Of a DNA stretch of 64,000 nucleotides, positions 1-13,237 are shown piece by piece (positions within the stretch are counted from its first letter, which is position 1; every line of letters starts with the position of its first letter). The stretch comes from Octopus sinensis (taxonomy: Eukaryota). The DNA lies in NCBI RefSeq assembly GCF_006345805.1, contig NC_042997.1:182962001-183026000 (forward strand). The letters are read 5' to 3'. A program made the translations under genes and the position numbers. The notes under the pieces are model-generated. The model saw only the letters and a program-made list of their open reading frames with translations. It was not told the origin of the DNA and ran no database searches.

Positions 1-1244
1 TCAGGGTAGAGGAAGAAAGGTAACTGAGAAAACAGGAGGATGTTGTATGTGCTTGTTCTGCTCTCAATTAGCTATTATACATTTATTGCAGTAATTAACA
101 AAATAATTATTTAATAAATAATTAAATAATTAAATAAAATTAAGAAAATATGAAGTATGCCATAATAATAATTTAATAATCTTATATAATTTGAATTTAT
201 AAATACCTTGTAATTTACTCCTCCAGCTGTTTATGGCTGGCCAAGATCATTCTGCCCAGCGTGCAGCAGGACATCAATGTCTTGCTGGGGTTCAGCATCA
301 TGATCAGGCCAACCAAGGTGGGGGACTCCCCTACATGCAGTAGTAGCATGTTGTCAATAAACAGGCCTACAATCCTTCTGTTCACCATAGACTGATGGAC
401 GCCAGTGCCAGCAGTTTGGGCAAATGCCTTATCAATGCTGGGTTGGTGTGCTTTCTTTGCACATGGCTGTGACAACTGACTACTGGCAATGTTACCAGAA
501 GATTGTCTGGTGTTTCCCATAGGAAGAGCCAGCCTTGATCCTCTCCTCAAACTGGAAGGCATGCACTGGGTATTTCTTCTTGACATGCTATTTCAAGTTG
601 TAGAGACTCATCACTTGTCCTTTGATGATGGTCTCCTTGGGCTGGCACATGATGCACCGGAAGTGCAAGATATTGGCATTCCTCATATCCCTTGACATAA
701 GGACAAAGTAGTCCTCCATGTGGGGCCATGGGTTCTGAAACTCCAGGCTTTCAACCTGAGCAACCTCTGCCTCACCCACAGCTGTTGCAGACTCCTAAAC
801 AGGCCCTTCATCCTCAGATCAAACAAAAATGTCTTTACCTTCCATAACAAAAACTGATAACTTAATAAGCTGATAACGTACACTACTATCGCTGACACTG
901 TAAGACTGTCTTTAGTGTGACAACGTCGTGAGTGAACACAACTCAAAACTGCAGAATTACACAATGTTGCTCAGCTAGCTGCTACTGCATTAACCAATCA
1001 CATTTTGTCATATGTACACATAGTCAGCCAATAGCATGCCTGATGGACTTTTCAAGACATGCCCACAACAGATGGGAACAAATGTATGAATTTTGTTAGA
1101 GGACTTACAGTTAATGGAACTAAAATTAGCGGAAGCTAATTGGTCTGCTAATGGTTTCCAAATTTAGTGAAAACGCTAATCCGCTATATGCAAAGGTAGC
1201 TTCATTAATTAGCTGTTAGCAGATTAGCAGAACTGTGCCCACCA

Positions 1245-1247
<3 letters not shown>
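1..1247 (-). mobile_element. hAT-superfamily DNA transposon, 5' part (decayed), running off the window start
   Basis: Minus strand begins (TA)TGGTGGTGGGCACAG..., followed by repeated GCTAA/TTAGC subterminal motifs and a BED zinc-finger transposase exon; it abuts a (TA)n tract. Confidence 0.7.
215..779 (-). pseudogene. hAT transposase N-terminus (BED zinc finger) relic
   Basis: NPWPHMEDYF...FRCIMCQPKETIIKGQVMSLYNLK*HVKKKY resembles the BED finger (W..F, CxxC, NL..H). It is followed by MVNRRIVGLFIDNMLLLHVGESPTL...LMSCCTL, like the hAT 'D..P...VE...F' region. Stop and frameshift present; ends at a GT-like intron boundary. Confidence 0.7.
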
Positions 1248-1280
<33 letters not shown>

Positions 1281-1284
<4 letters not shown>

Positions 1285-1578
1285 CATCCGAACGTGGCCA
1301 ATGCCAGCACTGCCTTGGCTGGCTTCCATGCCAGCGGCACATAAAAAGCACCAACTGATCATGGCTATTGCCAGCCTCCTCTGGCTCCTGTGCTGGTGGC
1401 ACGTAAAAAGCACCAACTACACTCACAGAGTGGTTGGCATTAGGAAGGGCATCCAGCTGTAGAAATACTGCCAGATCAGTCTGGGCCTGGTGCAGCCTCC
1501 TGACCTCCCAAAACCTGGTCGAACTGTCCAACCCATGCTAGCATGGAAAACGGACGTTAAATGATGATGATGATGATG
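1281..1578 (+). mobile_element. RTE-LINE 3' UTR (5'-truncated copy or derived SINE) with (GAT)n tail
   Basis: Contains GGTTGGCATTAGGAAGGGCATCCAGCTGTAGAAA...CCAACCCATGCTAGCATGGAAAACGGACGTTAAATGATGATG. The same sequence directly follows an RTE ORF end at 11271-11746. Confidence 0.75.
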
Positions 1579-1759
1579 TACAATACTTTCCAGTATTTAC
1601 TCAGACACATTGAGGTTGGTTCATGCCTGGTCAACTTCGATTTTTCTTCATCCTTGAATAGTTAACAAAATAAGTATCATTAATATATTGGAATCAATAT
1701 ATTTGACAATATCACCCATCTACCCCCATTAACCTAAATACACACACACACACACACAT

Positions 1760-1797
<38 letters not shown>

Positions 1798-2226
1798 TTC
1801 CAACATTTGTCCATCTGGCAATTCAAAAAGTAATGTTGTACTGCAGTGCATTACACATGAATATACATCAATTTGGTCATGCCTTACTATGCTGACCTTT
1901 ACTAAGAAAATGACGATGATGGTGATTGAGGTGCTGGTGACGTGGTTCTGGTGATTGTAGTGATGGTGATAGTGGTGGTAGTGGCAGTGTTGGAAGGGGC
2001 AGCTGTGGAGGCAGTGGCAGTGGAATATTGGGCAGGGGAGTCTCATGTGTGGGGTGGAGGAGTGGTAGCGAGGTGAATAACAGTGTTAGTGGTGGTACCA
2101 GTGACAGTAGTGGCAATGGTGGTGACAACAATGACAATTATGATAATGAGTATGTTGATGATGATGATGCTTTCTATTCATTTTTCTATGCCTGCATGTG
2201 CATCCACATATGCTTATATGTTCATA

Positions 2227-3368
2227 CAAGGGTGGGCTGAAACGGTCATTGGCCAACTATGAAGGAGTGATGCTAGAGCTGTGAAATCTTGCATGTATTC
2301 ATTTCAACCCTTCTTATTAATAACTGCATTGTTTCTTTCCATGTAAACCGACATCTGACTGTTCAAAGAAGACTTCACAAGTAACTGGTAGTGACTTCTC
2401 TTGAAAATCACTAAAAATTGGTATTGTGGCATTATCAAGCACCTGTAGAAAAAGGGCTTAGCCCCTAACAGCATTCATGCTGACATGGTTGCTACATGAA
2501 ACTCCAGTTTTATAAATAGTGCAAAAGTAGGCAGCTGAATTTAGGAGAAGAGCACAATCTTGAAAATGTCTGGATATCCTGAAGCTACCATCACTGAAGA
2601 AAGCATTGATAGTATTCAACAAATGGTGATGGATGATAGATGATTGACTATAAATCAAATAGACATGCTATTACCAGATTCTGTGAAAGAGTTGAGAATA
2701 TTCTGCACAATGAACTTGGCAGGATGAAGGTTTCTGCTCAGTGGGTTCCATGTCTTCTGACACCTGATCAAAAGTGCACCAGGCTGTTCACATCACAGGA
2801 AAATGACACCGTTTCAGGCAGATCCAGCTGGTTTCCTTGAATGTTTCCTAAGTCGGGATGAGTGTTGGGTTCATCTCTTTGAGCCAGAGAAAAAAAAGAC
2901 AGTCCATGCCGTGGAAACACCCATACCTCACCAGGTCCAAAGAAGGCCAAGGTCATTTCATCTGCAGGGAAGATGATGGCCTCAGTTTTTTGAGATACAA
3001 AAGGCATTGTGTTTATTGACTATCTTCAAAAGGGCCACACTATCAATGGCATCTCCTGTGCCAACTTGCTGAGGTAGTTATGAAAAGCTATCAAGACCAA
3101 ATGCCCAGGAAAACTGACAAAAGGGGTCTTGTTTCATCAGTCCTTGGTTTCAATGGCTACTGTGTATGACTATGGCTTTGAACTGGTTGATCACCCTCCT
3201 TTTTCTCCTGATTGGCCCCATCTGCCTATCATCTGTTCCCCAACAGGAAAAAACACTTGACTGGGAACCAGTATTGCATTGATGATGACATTGTATCTGC
3301 TTTCGATGACTTTTTTGACCAACAGGATGAAAGCTTCTTCACCAATGGGACCCGAGTATTGCAACACC
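2227..3368 (+). mobile_element. mariner (DD34D-type) transposon relic, 3'-truncated
   Basis: TA|CAAGGGTGGGCTGAAA terminus. Translated motifs: WVPCLLTPDQK, SRDECWVHLFEPE, GKMMASVF*DTKGIVFIDYLQKGHTING, DHPPFSPD. Many frameshifts. Confidence 0.9.
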
Positions 3369-3645
3369 AATGAACATTGGCAAACTTCTTTTCCGCTTCA
3401 CTCTTGGCTATGTATACCTGCCACCCAGCCTCCCTTTTGGCTACCTGGTACAGTTCCCTGCTACCCCCACCCTTCCAGGCTTTCCAGGCCTGTTTCTTTG
3501 CTCTAATGGCTTTGTCTACCGTACTATTCTACCAATACGTACCTCTTGGTCTGGAAGGGACTTTGCACCATCCACAGACTTGGTCTGTGTCACTCTGCAA
3601 GCTGTCCCGTAGGAATTTCCAGCTACCTTCTATGAATAGTACATA
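3369..3645 (-). mobile_element. RTE LINE ORF fragment (EN-RT linker)
   Basis: Minus-strand translation IEGSWKFLRDSL...VCGWCKVPSRPRGTYW*NSTVDKAIRAKKQAWKAWKGGGSRELYQVAKREA matches the typical RTE linker pattern. Confidence 0.75.
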
Positions 3646-3654
3646 GTACCTTCT

Positions 3655-3783
3655 CGGTACTATTCATTTTTACCAGCTGAGTGGACTGGAGCAACATGAA
3701 ATAAAGTGTCTTGCTCAAGGAATTGAACTCACAACTTTATGATCATGAACCAAATACCTTAACCACTAAGCCACGTACCTTCA
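3655..3783 (-). mobile_element. tRNA-derived SINE 5' fragment
   Basis: Minus strand has an A box (TGGCTTAGTGG), a B box (GAGTTCAATTCC) and CCTTGAGCAAGACACTT. A related copy lies at 5189-5325. Confidence 0.7.
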
Positions 3784-4943
3784 GTCTAAAGGTATATCTT
3801 GTCTTTTAGCCAATACAGTAAGGTAAATGAAAACAGATATTTGGTTTGTGAAGTGTTCATTGACAAATAAAGCAACTTCAATTTATTCAAATTTGCTATT
3901 GAGTGCATTAATAATTAATTAATTGAATAAGTCCTCAGCATTGTAAGAAAAACACTTATGCAAATTAAATTTACCAGTTTAGCATTGCCATATAAATTGC
4001 TGTTAGCTATATTCTTTTTATGAATAAAAGAGACAGGTACTGGCTTCTGAAGAAAGTCCCAAAAAGTATTGAAACCAGGCCTTTTCTGTCCTCAAAAAAT
4101 CTTGTGCTCTTCTACAAAGGCAATCTGTTGCCACTCCTCCCAAGAAAAATCTAGTGTACTAGCATTCTGGTCTACTAGAAACTCTTAACCAACAATGCTA
4201 TTGTGCACCAATTGTCATAAGTAATAACAAGTGAGTGTGTGTGTATGTATGCATGTATGCATGTGTGTATGTATGTATTGTATGTATGTATGTATGTATG
4301 TATTGTATGTATGTATTGTATGTATGTATAAGTTTATGTGTGCCTGTCTGTTTATTTTTACAAGAGTTGCTTAGTTACTTAACAAGTTAGTATGTCCTGT
4401 ATTTTAAATAGCTCCAGGATATTATGCTTTTGTATGACAAATAACATTTGATCACACTGGAAATGTTATTTAACTAAACAAAGCCTCTTCATGAATAGCA
4501 TGTTCTTCAAGGAATGGTGTGGCAAAGTTCAAGTCAACATAAGATTTGAAAGGAAATTCCGTTAGCCAATCTGTTACATAAAGTAATTTGAATTGTGATT
4601 ACAATGTTTTATTGTATGAATGAATGTATAAAAAGTAACAGAACACCAATCCCACACATTACTGGTGGCAGTAGCAGTGATAGCAACACCAGCAGAAGAG
4701 GAAAGGAAGAAAGGGAACTTGAGAGAGGGGGAAAATAAAGGAACATTTATAGCACACAGCTACTACTCTATTGTTGCTTAGCCTCAAATCAACAATAACC
4801 CAGCAGCCCCTGATCTAAAGTGTTTTGTTGGTAATTTTTTTTTTTTTGTATTCAGCCATAGTGTATCTAGGGCTATAGTATTAATGTCTTTTATAAGATG
4901 ATAGGGTATGGCTTATGGGAGATATGGCTGCTATTTCTTGTAT

Positions 4944-5176
4944 AAGGCGGCGAGCTGGCAGAAACGTTAGCAGGCTGAGTGAAATGCGTAGCAGTATTTC
5001 GTCTGCTGTTACGTTCTGAGTTCAAATTCCGCCGAGGTCGACTTTGCCTTTCATCCTTTTGAGGTCGATAAATTAAGTACCAGTTTCGCACTGGGGTCGA
5101 TGTAATCGACTTAATCCCTTTGTCTGTCCTTGTTTGTCTCCTCTATGTTTAGCCCCTTGTGGGTAATAAAGAAATA
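4944..5176 (+). mobile_element. tRNA-derived SINE with Nin-like central domain
   Basis: AAGGCGGCGAGCTGGCAGAA head, GAGTTCAAATTCC B box and GCCTTTCATCCTTT..GGTCGATAAATTAAGTACCAG. Near-identical copy at 63196-63431. Confidence 0.85.
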
Positions 5177-5188
5177 TATTTCTTGTAA

Positions 5189-5325
5189 AGGTGCATGGAC
5201 TAATAGATAGGGTGTTCAGTTCATGATCATATGATCGTTAGTTCAATTCCTGGACCAGGCAGTGCATTGTGTCTTTAAGCCAGACACTTCACTTCATGTT
5301 GCTCCAGTCCACTCAGCTGTAATGA
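5189..5325 (+). mobile_element. tRNA-derived SINE fragment
   Basis: Degenerate A/B boxes and TTGCTCCAGTCCACTCAGCTG, shared with 3655-3783. Confidence 0.6.
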
Positions 5326-5423
5326 ACACCATCTAGGTACAGGTACAACCCCCTCTCCTTTCATCAGTCACATTCTGGGTGATCTACTGAGTCAAAAGTG
5401 AGGAGCTGAGAAGGTGTTCAAAT

Positions 5424-5733
5424 ATTGTTTGTTTGTTCCTTCTCGAGCCATCCCTGGCTCATTAGGGCTGGTTTCCCAGTTTCCTTGGTGTATAGGTTCC
5501 CCACCTGGATGGGACACCGGTCCATCGCAGGTGAGTTGCAAGATGCAGGAGGAAAGAGTGAGAGAAAGTTGTGGTGAAAGAGTCAGCAGAAGTTTGCCAT
5601 TACCTTCTGCCAGAGCTGCATGGAGCTTAGGTGTTTCGCTCATAAACACACACATTGCCCGGTCTAAGATTCGAACCTATGATCCCTCGACTGCAAGTCC
5701 GCTGCTCTAACCAGTAGGCCATGTGCCTCCACT
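5424..5733 (-). mobile_element. tRNA-derived SINE (V-domain-like core)
   Basis: Minus strand: GGAGGCACATGGCCTACTGGTTAGAGC...GGTTCGAATC head, CCTGCGATGGACCGGTGTCCCATCCAGG core, (ACAA)n tail. Confidence 0.8.
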
Positions 5734-6603
5734 GTTCAAATATAACAAGCATCTAAAATAATCAGTGAAAGCATGGTACATGTTATCAAGCTTACAGTAC
5801 TGTAAAGATAGCTGAACTGTACTGTACTTTACTAGTTACTTTTCCTAGAAAATTGAGTAACATTAAGGAGGGACCCTCAAATGTGGCATCTGAGTATTGC
5901 TCAGTTCTGTAACAGCTAGTGTCCCATAAGTAGGGAAGCATTTGACATTATATTAAAGCTTTAGATACTGCCTTACTTGTGAGACACCTAGTCTATAAAG
6001 ATCACACTCCAAAGCTGGACAAAAATGACATTCTGAACCAATAAAATATTGTTAGGTTTCTTTCAGATCTAGAAAATATGTTATTCTGGGTAGAGAAAAG
6101 AAACTGGTTCCACTTATTCAATCATTGATAATTAAGGATGATGCTCATTAGTTACAACTCAATAGCAGAATGAACAACACAACATAACCACTTTGTGTAC
6201 CAACTGCTTCATTACTATGTTAGTAACAACATAACATAAACACACACTTCTTTTGTGGACAAAAGTATCAACAAACTTCTACATGAATTAGGTTAACTTC
6301 ACTCTATGACTACACACACACACACAACGGACATGCCTCTCCTGCTCTTTCCTTTCAAACTTTCTTTAAGCATCTACTTAAGTGCTATAAGAAATATGCA
6401 AATGCTTGATAGATATTTTTTTGCAGATGTCAAATGATTAACAGCTAAGCTACAAATAGGGATTGCTCTTTATAAGATCAATACTCTCCTTTGTATAGAG
6501 AAACTTCACAGACACTTTAAAACATATGTGTAACTCAAAAAAATTATTGCTTACTTAAGCTCATTTAGCCACAGAACCCTGTAGAATTGATGACTTTAAA
6601 TAG

Positions 6604-7700
6604 ATTAGATTGTTCTGAAAATAATGGCCAATTTCAGAAACAAATATTCTGGAAAAATTGACAATAGAATTGTTTTGATTAGTCAAAGTATGAGCCATGA
6701 ACATCTATGCATCTCTGCCATTGACCAATGAGATTATTTATGCTTTGTCGATAAAAACTGATTGGCTTTGATGCTAAGAAATCTTTGAGAGCTGATTCCA
6801 CCTCTGGTGTGGACTTGAATGTTTTATCTCTTAAAAATGTGTTTAAATGCTTTAAAAAATTGTAGTCAGCGGGTGAAAGATCAGGAGAATATGGAGGATG
6901 TGGTAAAATCTTGTATCCCAAGTCTATGAGCTTCTGCAGTATCATTCTTCCAACATGTAGCTTTGCATTATCATGGAGCTGAATTGGGCCATGCCGATTC
7001 ACCAATACAGGTCTCGTTTTTTGCAAGTAAGTATGCATTTCAGCGAGTTGATTGCAGTAAACCTCCGTTGTAATGTTCTGATTGGCTTCCGGAAAGCTGT
7101 AATGGACAACACCAATTGCAGACCACCAGACAGTCATCATAATCTTTTACTGATGCAACTTTGGCTTTGGGAAATGTTTAGGGGGCTCATCACGATCAAG
7201 CCATTGACCTGATCATTAATGCTTTTCATCACAAGTGACTATTCAGTCAAGAAAAGGATCAAGTGAAGCACACTTCAAAACACTGGACGTTTTGATTTTC
7301 ATTGAGCTAATGTGGTATCCATTTATCAAGCTTTTTTCCCTTACCAATCTTCCATAGATTGCGTGAGACTGTTGCTATACCAACACCAAGTACCTGAGAC
7401 ATTTCTCTGACACTTTGACGTGGATTTTGTTCAACAATTGCTTTCGATAGTTTATTGTCAAGACTCATGACCATCCTCTACTTTCTTCATCTTCAAGGCT
7501 CTCATCACTACTACGGAATTTCTGAAACCGCCTTCATACTGTGTGATCACTTGTGGACCCCTCTCCTCATGCTCTGTTAATATTGGCAGTAGTTTGAGAG
7601 GCATTATGCCCAAGCTTGAACTCATGCAAGAAAATAAGCGATGGTCCTTTTTTGTCATGTTCATAATTAAGGGTGCCTATGATTCAAGAATGTTTTCTGT
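6604..7700 (-). mobile_element. mariner transposon relic (Hsmar1/cecropia-like); transposase C-terminus open at 6679-7140
   Basis: MMTVWWSAIGVVHY...HDNAKLH...HPPYSPDLSPADYNFLKHL...WQRCIDVHGSYFD*. The frameshifted N-terminus starts near 7664. TIR-like TTAGATTGTTCTGAAAATAAT near 6605. Confidence 0.92.
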
Positions 7701-8978
7701 CTGAAATAAGTAGAAAATTATTAAAGAGCATACATCAATTATTAAGTATGTCAAAATATAATTAAAATACTATGATAAAATTGTGTTTCAAAAACAACAT
7801 TTGTTTGTCCCCTCTGTGTTTAGCTCCTTGTGGGTAGTAAAGAAATAGGTATATATTGACACGGTGTAGGTGATTGATGGTGCCATAGAAGTAGTAATTA
7901 AAGACTATTGTAGTGGCAGTAAGAGGAACAGAATGATGAGTTATTGTATGAAGACTTTTTTCTGTGAGCATGGGTTTGCTGGCAATTAAACAGAACAAAT
8001 ATTCAAGAAATCAGATCTTCTGAAAGTGAGGGATCTGTTTCTTATGAGTTCTTCTTCATTTATTATTTTGTAGATAGTTAATAATTAAAACCCCTTTGAA
8101 AGAAGCTTAGTTAAAGCTTGTTCTATCACGAACAATCCAATAATTGTCACTTGACTTAACACCTACTCTTGGCTTTTAAGAGTCTTTAGCAGACTTCACA
8201 CTATGGCAAGCATTCAGACTTGATCTCCAGTTTCAGGGTAATTTTCTCCTTCTTAGCATCAGTTTTGGAGGTCACTAGTCTCAGATTCCTGGACATTGGC
8301 CTTCCACTTCTAACAATGCCATAAAATTTTGACAAAATACAAATATATTTTACAAGTTCTTCTTTGTCTACTTTGCAAAGAAATTTCCCATGCATGCTCT
8401 CTCACTGGGTCAAATAAATCAATATAAACAAGATTCACACTGAGACATGTAATTCATTAAGCAATGCCTCAACTATAAAATATTGAATATTCAAAAAATA
8501 GGCCAGTGTCCTACCTTTGAATTTCTCTTTAATGATTAACCTTATTGCTCAGCTTTCTAACCAAGGACAATTCCGTTTTTGTTGAGTGTGTTTTGCTAAA
8601 TTTTTAGGGTAAGCAAAATGTGAGGAAAATTATGGGAGTCCCCATAATTAGCATATGAATCAATTTGATCAATTGTGGACTTTATTAAACTTCAAATAAG
8701 ACTTGCAATGGTATACTACTCCTATATCTGGACTGTGCTGATAGTTGCTCCACACACAAACAATTGACCCACAATCTAATTGGCAAAGACTCTTCTGAAC
8801 TAGCTTGTGTGTATCACCACTACATACACTCACATAACACAACTCTCTCTCTCTCTCTTTTGTCACTCCTACTGCATTTTATATCCAAGCCCTTCACTAT
8901 CACCTATTTCCAATACTTCCTTTTCAGATATTCTCTGATATTCCCTGCCTCCTGCTTACACACACGCACGCACACACA

Positions 8979-9009
<31 letters not shown>

Positions 9010-9935
9010 CACATGCTGGGGTTCAAGGTTCAAGTTCAAAGTTTACTGCATCCGACCCACCAGTATCCAAGCAGCATGAAATATGAATGCTTCATCTCTT
9101 TTTACAATACTACGAACCAAAGTAAAATGTAAGATAAGATTTTAAAATGGTAGTATAAAAGAATAACTGAATAAAAGAATCCCTTAAAATTTATAGGTGT
9201 TCTGTTATATTATAAAGAGATAACAAACCCGATCGCTTTGAACTTTTATGTAAATAATAATCATATCATCTCCACGTAAAGTTTTAAAGTAAAATCTGTA
9301 AAACTTTTTACTCTAAACTAAAGGAAAATGGATCAATTTATTGAAAAAAGAAAGGCAGAGAAGAAAGAAAAAAAAGAATTTGAAGCATTAACAAAATAAA
9401 ATTTTCAAACACGTTGATGAATTATCTCCCTTGCATCTGTCATCATCTCCCTTGTTATTTACTGTACAGTACATGTGGAAACTGTACGGCTATTTTGAAG
9501 TTAGTTGAAAGTTTAGAGAGAACGATGAAATATATAATTTCTTTTGAAAGTGTATTTTGTTTGAGACATTTGATTGTGTTAAAGTCCATATGAGTAGTAT
9601 TGAAAGAGTTGTTTGAGAAAACATGCCGCTGAAATTTACATTATAAAGTGAGCAGTCTTATCTTGGGAACGAAATCAAGGATATAATCTATCTATAAAGC
9701 CATCCACCTCTACTCTTCTAAAACATTCTACTTTTAGTTGTGGGAGCTTTTTCCTATTTCTTTTTTTCCTGTTCCTTTTTTGATGTTACACAGCAACTTC
9801 ACTTGTGCTAGTGGCAGACAGACAGGCAGGTAGGTGGCAGTGGTGGTGGTGGGGATGGCGGTGATGATGGCGGTAGTGATGGCGGTAGTGGTAGGGATGC
9901 GTAGCTATGTTGGTAAAGCTTTAACAAATTTTGTG

Positions 9936-10233
9936 ACACCTTGGGTAAGTGTCTTCTACAATAGACTCGGGCCAACCAAAACCTTGTGAGTGGATTTGGT
10001 AGACGGAAACTGAAAGAAGCCCGTCGTATATACGTGTGTGTGTGTTTGTCCCCTCAACATCACGTGACAATCGATGCTGGTTTGTTTACGTCCCCATAAC
10101 TTAGCGGTTCGGCAAAAGAGACTGATAGAATAAGTACTAGGCTTACAAAGAATAAGTCCTAGGGTCGATTTGCTCGACTAAAGGTGGTGCCCCAACATGG
10201 CCGCAGTCAAATGACTGAAACAAGTAAAAGAGT
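9936..10233 (+). mobile_element. Abundant cephalopod-type tRNA-derived SINE (5'-truncated)
   Basis: CCTTGTGAGTGGATTTGGTAGACGGAAACTGAAAGAAGCCCGTCG...CAGTCAAATGACTGAAACAAGTAAAAGAG. Homologous to 13432-13750, 26795-26965 and 61695-62057. Confidence 0.8.
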
Positions 10234-10365
10234 ATACTGTATTACATCCCGATTTTCATATCAAAGAAAAGTTCCAACCACTATAGCCTAAAGTTGATTA
10301 ATGCTTTCAGTGAAATTTGGTTGACTGAACACTATAGAAGTCCGTATGTGTGTGTATGTGTGTGC

Positions 10366-10444
<79 letters not shown>

Positions 10445-10887
10445 GTGTGTGTTGATGTTGAAATTCCAATGAAGGAGCTTTGAATGTAGGTTAGAAACTG
10501 GCTCTTTCTCTATTGGCAAGAAATCTTGAAATAAAACTGAATAATGACACATTCATAGCACTATTAAAGTATTTGCAAGTAATGTATTGTTAAGTAGATC
10601 TTCATCAATTAACTGGATAGCCTTTTCATAGATGTAGTCATGAATGCAGGGTGTTTTTTTGTGTATGTATGTCTTGTATGTAAGGTGCATCCCCATCACA
10701 TTACTCAAGTGAATATTGCCCTGAAAGTCAGCAAATTATCAGGAATTCAGTAATTTTTGGCCTTGAGGAAGCCTTAGTTTTGGGGTTACAGTTCTGACAG
10801 TATATGACATGTTTTGCCACTCTGAGAGATGACAAGAAATTGTGAGACATATCATTTGTAACATCTTTGAATGTTGTAACCTGTGTA

Positions 10888-11081
10888 TTTGCCAGTACCG
10901 CTGACTGGGTCTTGTGCTGGTGGCATGTAAAAGCACCCACTACACTCTCAGAGTGGTTGGCTTTAGGAAGGGCATCCAGCTGTAGAAACTCTGCCAGATC
11001 AGATTGGAGTCTGGTTCGTCAGACCTCAGTCAAATCGTTCAACCCATGCTAGCATGGAAAGTGGACGTTAAACGATGATGA
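10888..11081 (+). mobile_element. RTE 3' UTR copy
   Basis: Same AGGAAGGGCATCCAGCTGTAGAAA motif and (GAT)n tail. Confidence 0.75.
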
Positions 11082-11105
11082 ATATTGAAAAATTGGCTTT
11101 TGCTT

Positions 11106-11266
11106 CCTCATCATTATCATTTAACATATGTTTTCTATGCTGGCATGACTTTGATGGTTTGATGGGAGCTGGAAAGCTGGGAAGTTGCATCAGACACCTA
11201 GATACCTCTCTGATTTGGCATGGTTTCTACAGCTAGATGCCCTTCCTAATGCCAACCACTTTACAG
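11106..11266 (-). mobile_element. RTE 3' UTR copy (inverted)
   Basis: Reverse complement TTTCTACAGCTAGATGCCCTTCCTAATGCCAACC with an (ATC)n-type tail. Confidence 0.7.
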
Positions 11267-11270
11267 ATCT

Positions 11271-11746
11271 TCAAACGCTGGGCCTCATGGAGGCAATGAC
11301 TAGTGATTGAGACCTTTGGTGATATTCTGTGCTTGAGAAGACCCATCGAGCCAAATGTTATCATAGTTGTGGCCGATGCTGGTGTCATGTAACTAGAACC
11401 CATGCCAGTGACACACAAAAAGCACCTTTCAAATTTTGGACATCACGGATGCAATGGGGCATGTAAAAAAAAAGCACCTTTTGAGTGAGGGGCCTCACAG
11501 AGGCATTGTGACTGATGCCAGTATTGCGTAACTAACACCTGTGCCACTGGTACGTAAAAGCATCCATTACACTCTTGGAGTGATTGGCGTTAGGAAGGGC
11601 ATCCAGCCGTAGAAACCATGCCAAATCAGACTGGAGTCTGGCGCAGCCCCTCAGTTTACTAGCCCTGGTTAAACCGTCCAACCCATGCCAACATGGACTA
11701 TGGACGTTAAATGATAACGACGACGACTACGATGACAATGATGATG
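11271..11746 (+). mobile_element. RTE LINE 3' end (ORF terminus plus 3' UTR with internal repeats)
   Basis: Translation LGLMEAMTSD*DLW*YSVLEKTHRAK matches the RTE C-terminus seen at 29150-29353. It is followed by repeated units and the conserved 3' motif. Confidence 0.75.
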
Positions 11747-13190
11747 GATATTTAAAACGCATGTGATATGAGATGTGTTAATAATAACAACTAAATAGAC
11801 CTTGAATCACGGACGAACACTTCTTTTTGTTTTTCATAATCGTATGAATACTCGCGTGTAGAATACAAATTCGCAAACATTTTATGAAAATTCTAAAAAA
11901 TAAAAAAAAGTTATGGAGGCTTATACGACGTGCGTAAAACAGAACTCCGCCGATGTTTCATTTGTTTACAGTTGACATATCACGCACAGAATGACAGCTT
12001 CCAAATCCTGTTTGCTCATAAGTGAAGCACATGCACATTTCTGTGCATGTGTATATGTGTGGGGGTGTTTTCATTCTTTTTTACTTAATTTTGACCTTGT
12101 ATATTATTGAAACAAACTTTTTTTTACAAAAAAAAAAAAGTATGAATAGAAGGGAAGTAACCGTTGCAGGCCTAGCAAGATTAAGACAAATAGAGTTATG
12201 TACCTTCTGTAAGGGACAGAACACTTAGACTGTATCTGTTTGAATACCTATTCCCCTTGCAAGATATTGTCAATTCCGCTTGGTTGCATACTGGTTAATT
12301 ACATAATTCGGGTAATTGCATAACTTCACAAAACCTATCAAAAATTAATCAGTTGTGTATGAAAATAAAGTCGATTTCGGTTATTTGCATAATTTTTTCT
12401 GCTGAATAAAATTTATAGTTATAATTGACCTAATTCCTTGATTCTTTTTTTTTTTTTGTCTGTCTTGAATGTTTCCTTATAATTTTCTTTTCTTTTTATG
12501 TCAATACCCATTTTATGTTGAATTTTTCTTTAAATTGCATTCATTTTGCAATACATTAGCAGTTTTCCAGTTTGAGACAATGAACACCAAGATGTTAGAA
12601 TATTCTTTCATATTTCAATATTTAGAGATAAATATTGCATGCGTGCTATTGCTTCCAATTATTTTTAGTAGAATGCTATTTTCTTTTGGCTAAAATATTT
12701 CTTACAGCAAAGTATTTTTATGAGAAACTGAAACTGAAAATTTGATTGATCAGTACTTTTCAATCAATAATCATATAAATTCTTTGTCCATTGTTCAGTC
12801 GTTAAATTGACTATCACCATCATCATCATCATTTAATGGCCCCTTCCATTCCAGCATGAGTGGGACAGTTTGACAGGAGCTGGCAAGTCAGAAGACTGCC
12901 CCAAGCTCTAGAGATTTTTTCCCTTTTGTCTTTACTCTATGTATTTCCTATAACAGTGCATCTCTCTAAATGCTGGCTTCTACAATGATTATATTTCTTT
13001 ATATATAAATGTTTCAGAGAAAATTTTAATGATTGATTTACATAGGATTACGGAGATGTACTTGCATAGCGAGTGACTTGATCTGAGATCGTGTGCTGGA
13101 ACGGAAACAATTGCAGCGTGGAAGGTGTTTATAAGCCATTTAAGAAACACACAAAAACCATTAGAGTCACTTCAACATTTAAATTTAATT

Positions 13191-13237
13191 AGTCAAAATA
13201 TTTTCGTCACTTTGAGACCGTGGCCTGTTCACTGACA
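13191..13237 (-). ncRNA. candidate minimal type-I hammerhead ribozyme with G3-C8 core
   Basis: Minus: GUCA-GUGAACA-g-GCCAC(ggucucaaa)GUGAC-GAAA-AUAU-UU-UGAC. Stem I, stem II (one mismatch), palindromic stem III AATATT. Confidence 0.55.

Noticed and set aside
8201-8395. Possible host exon (64-aa ORF)
   Set aside because: No recognisable homology or convincing splice-site pair.
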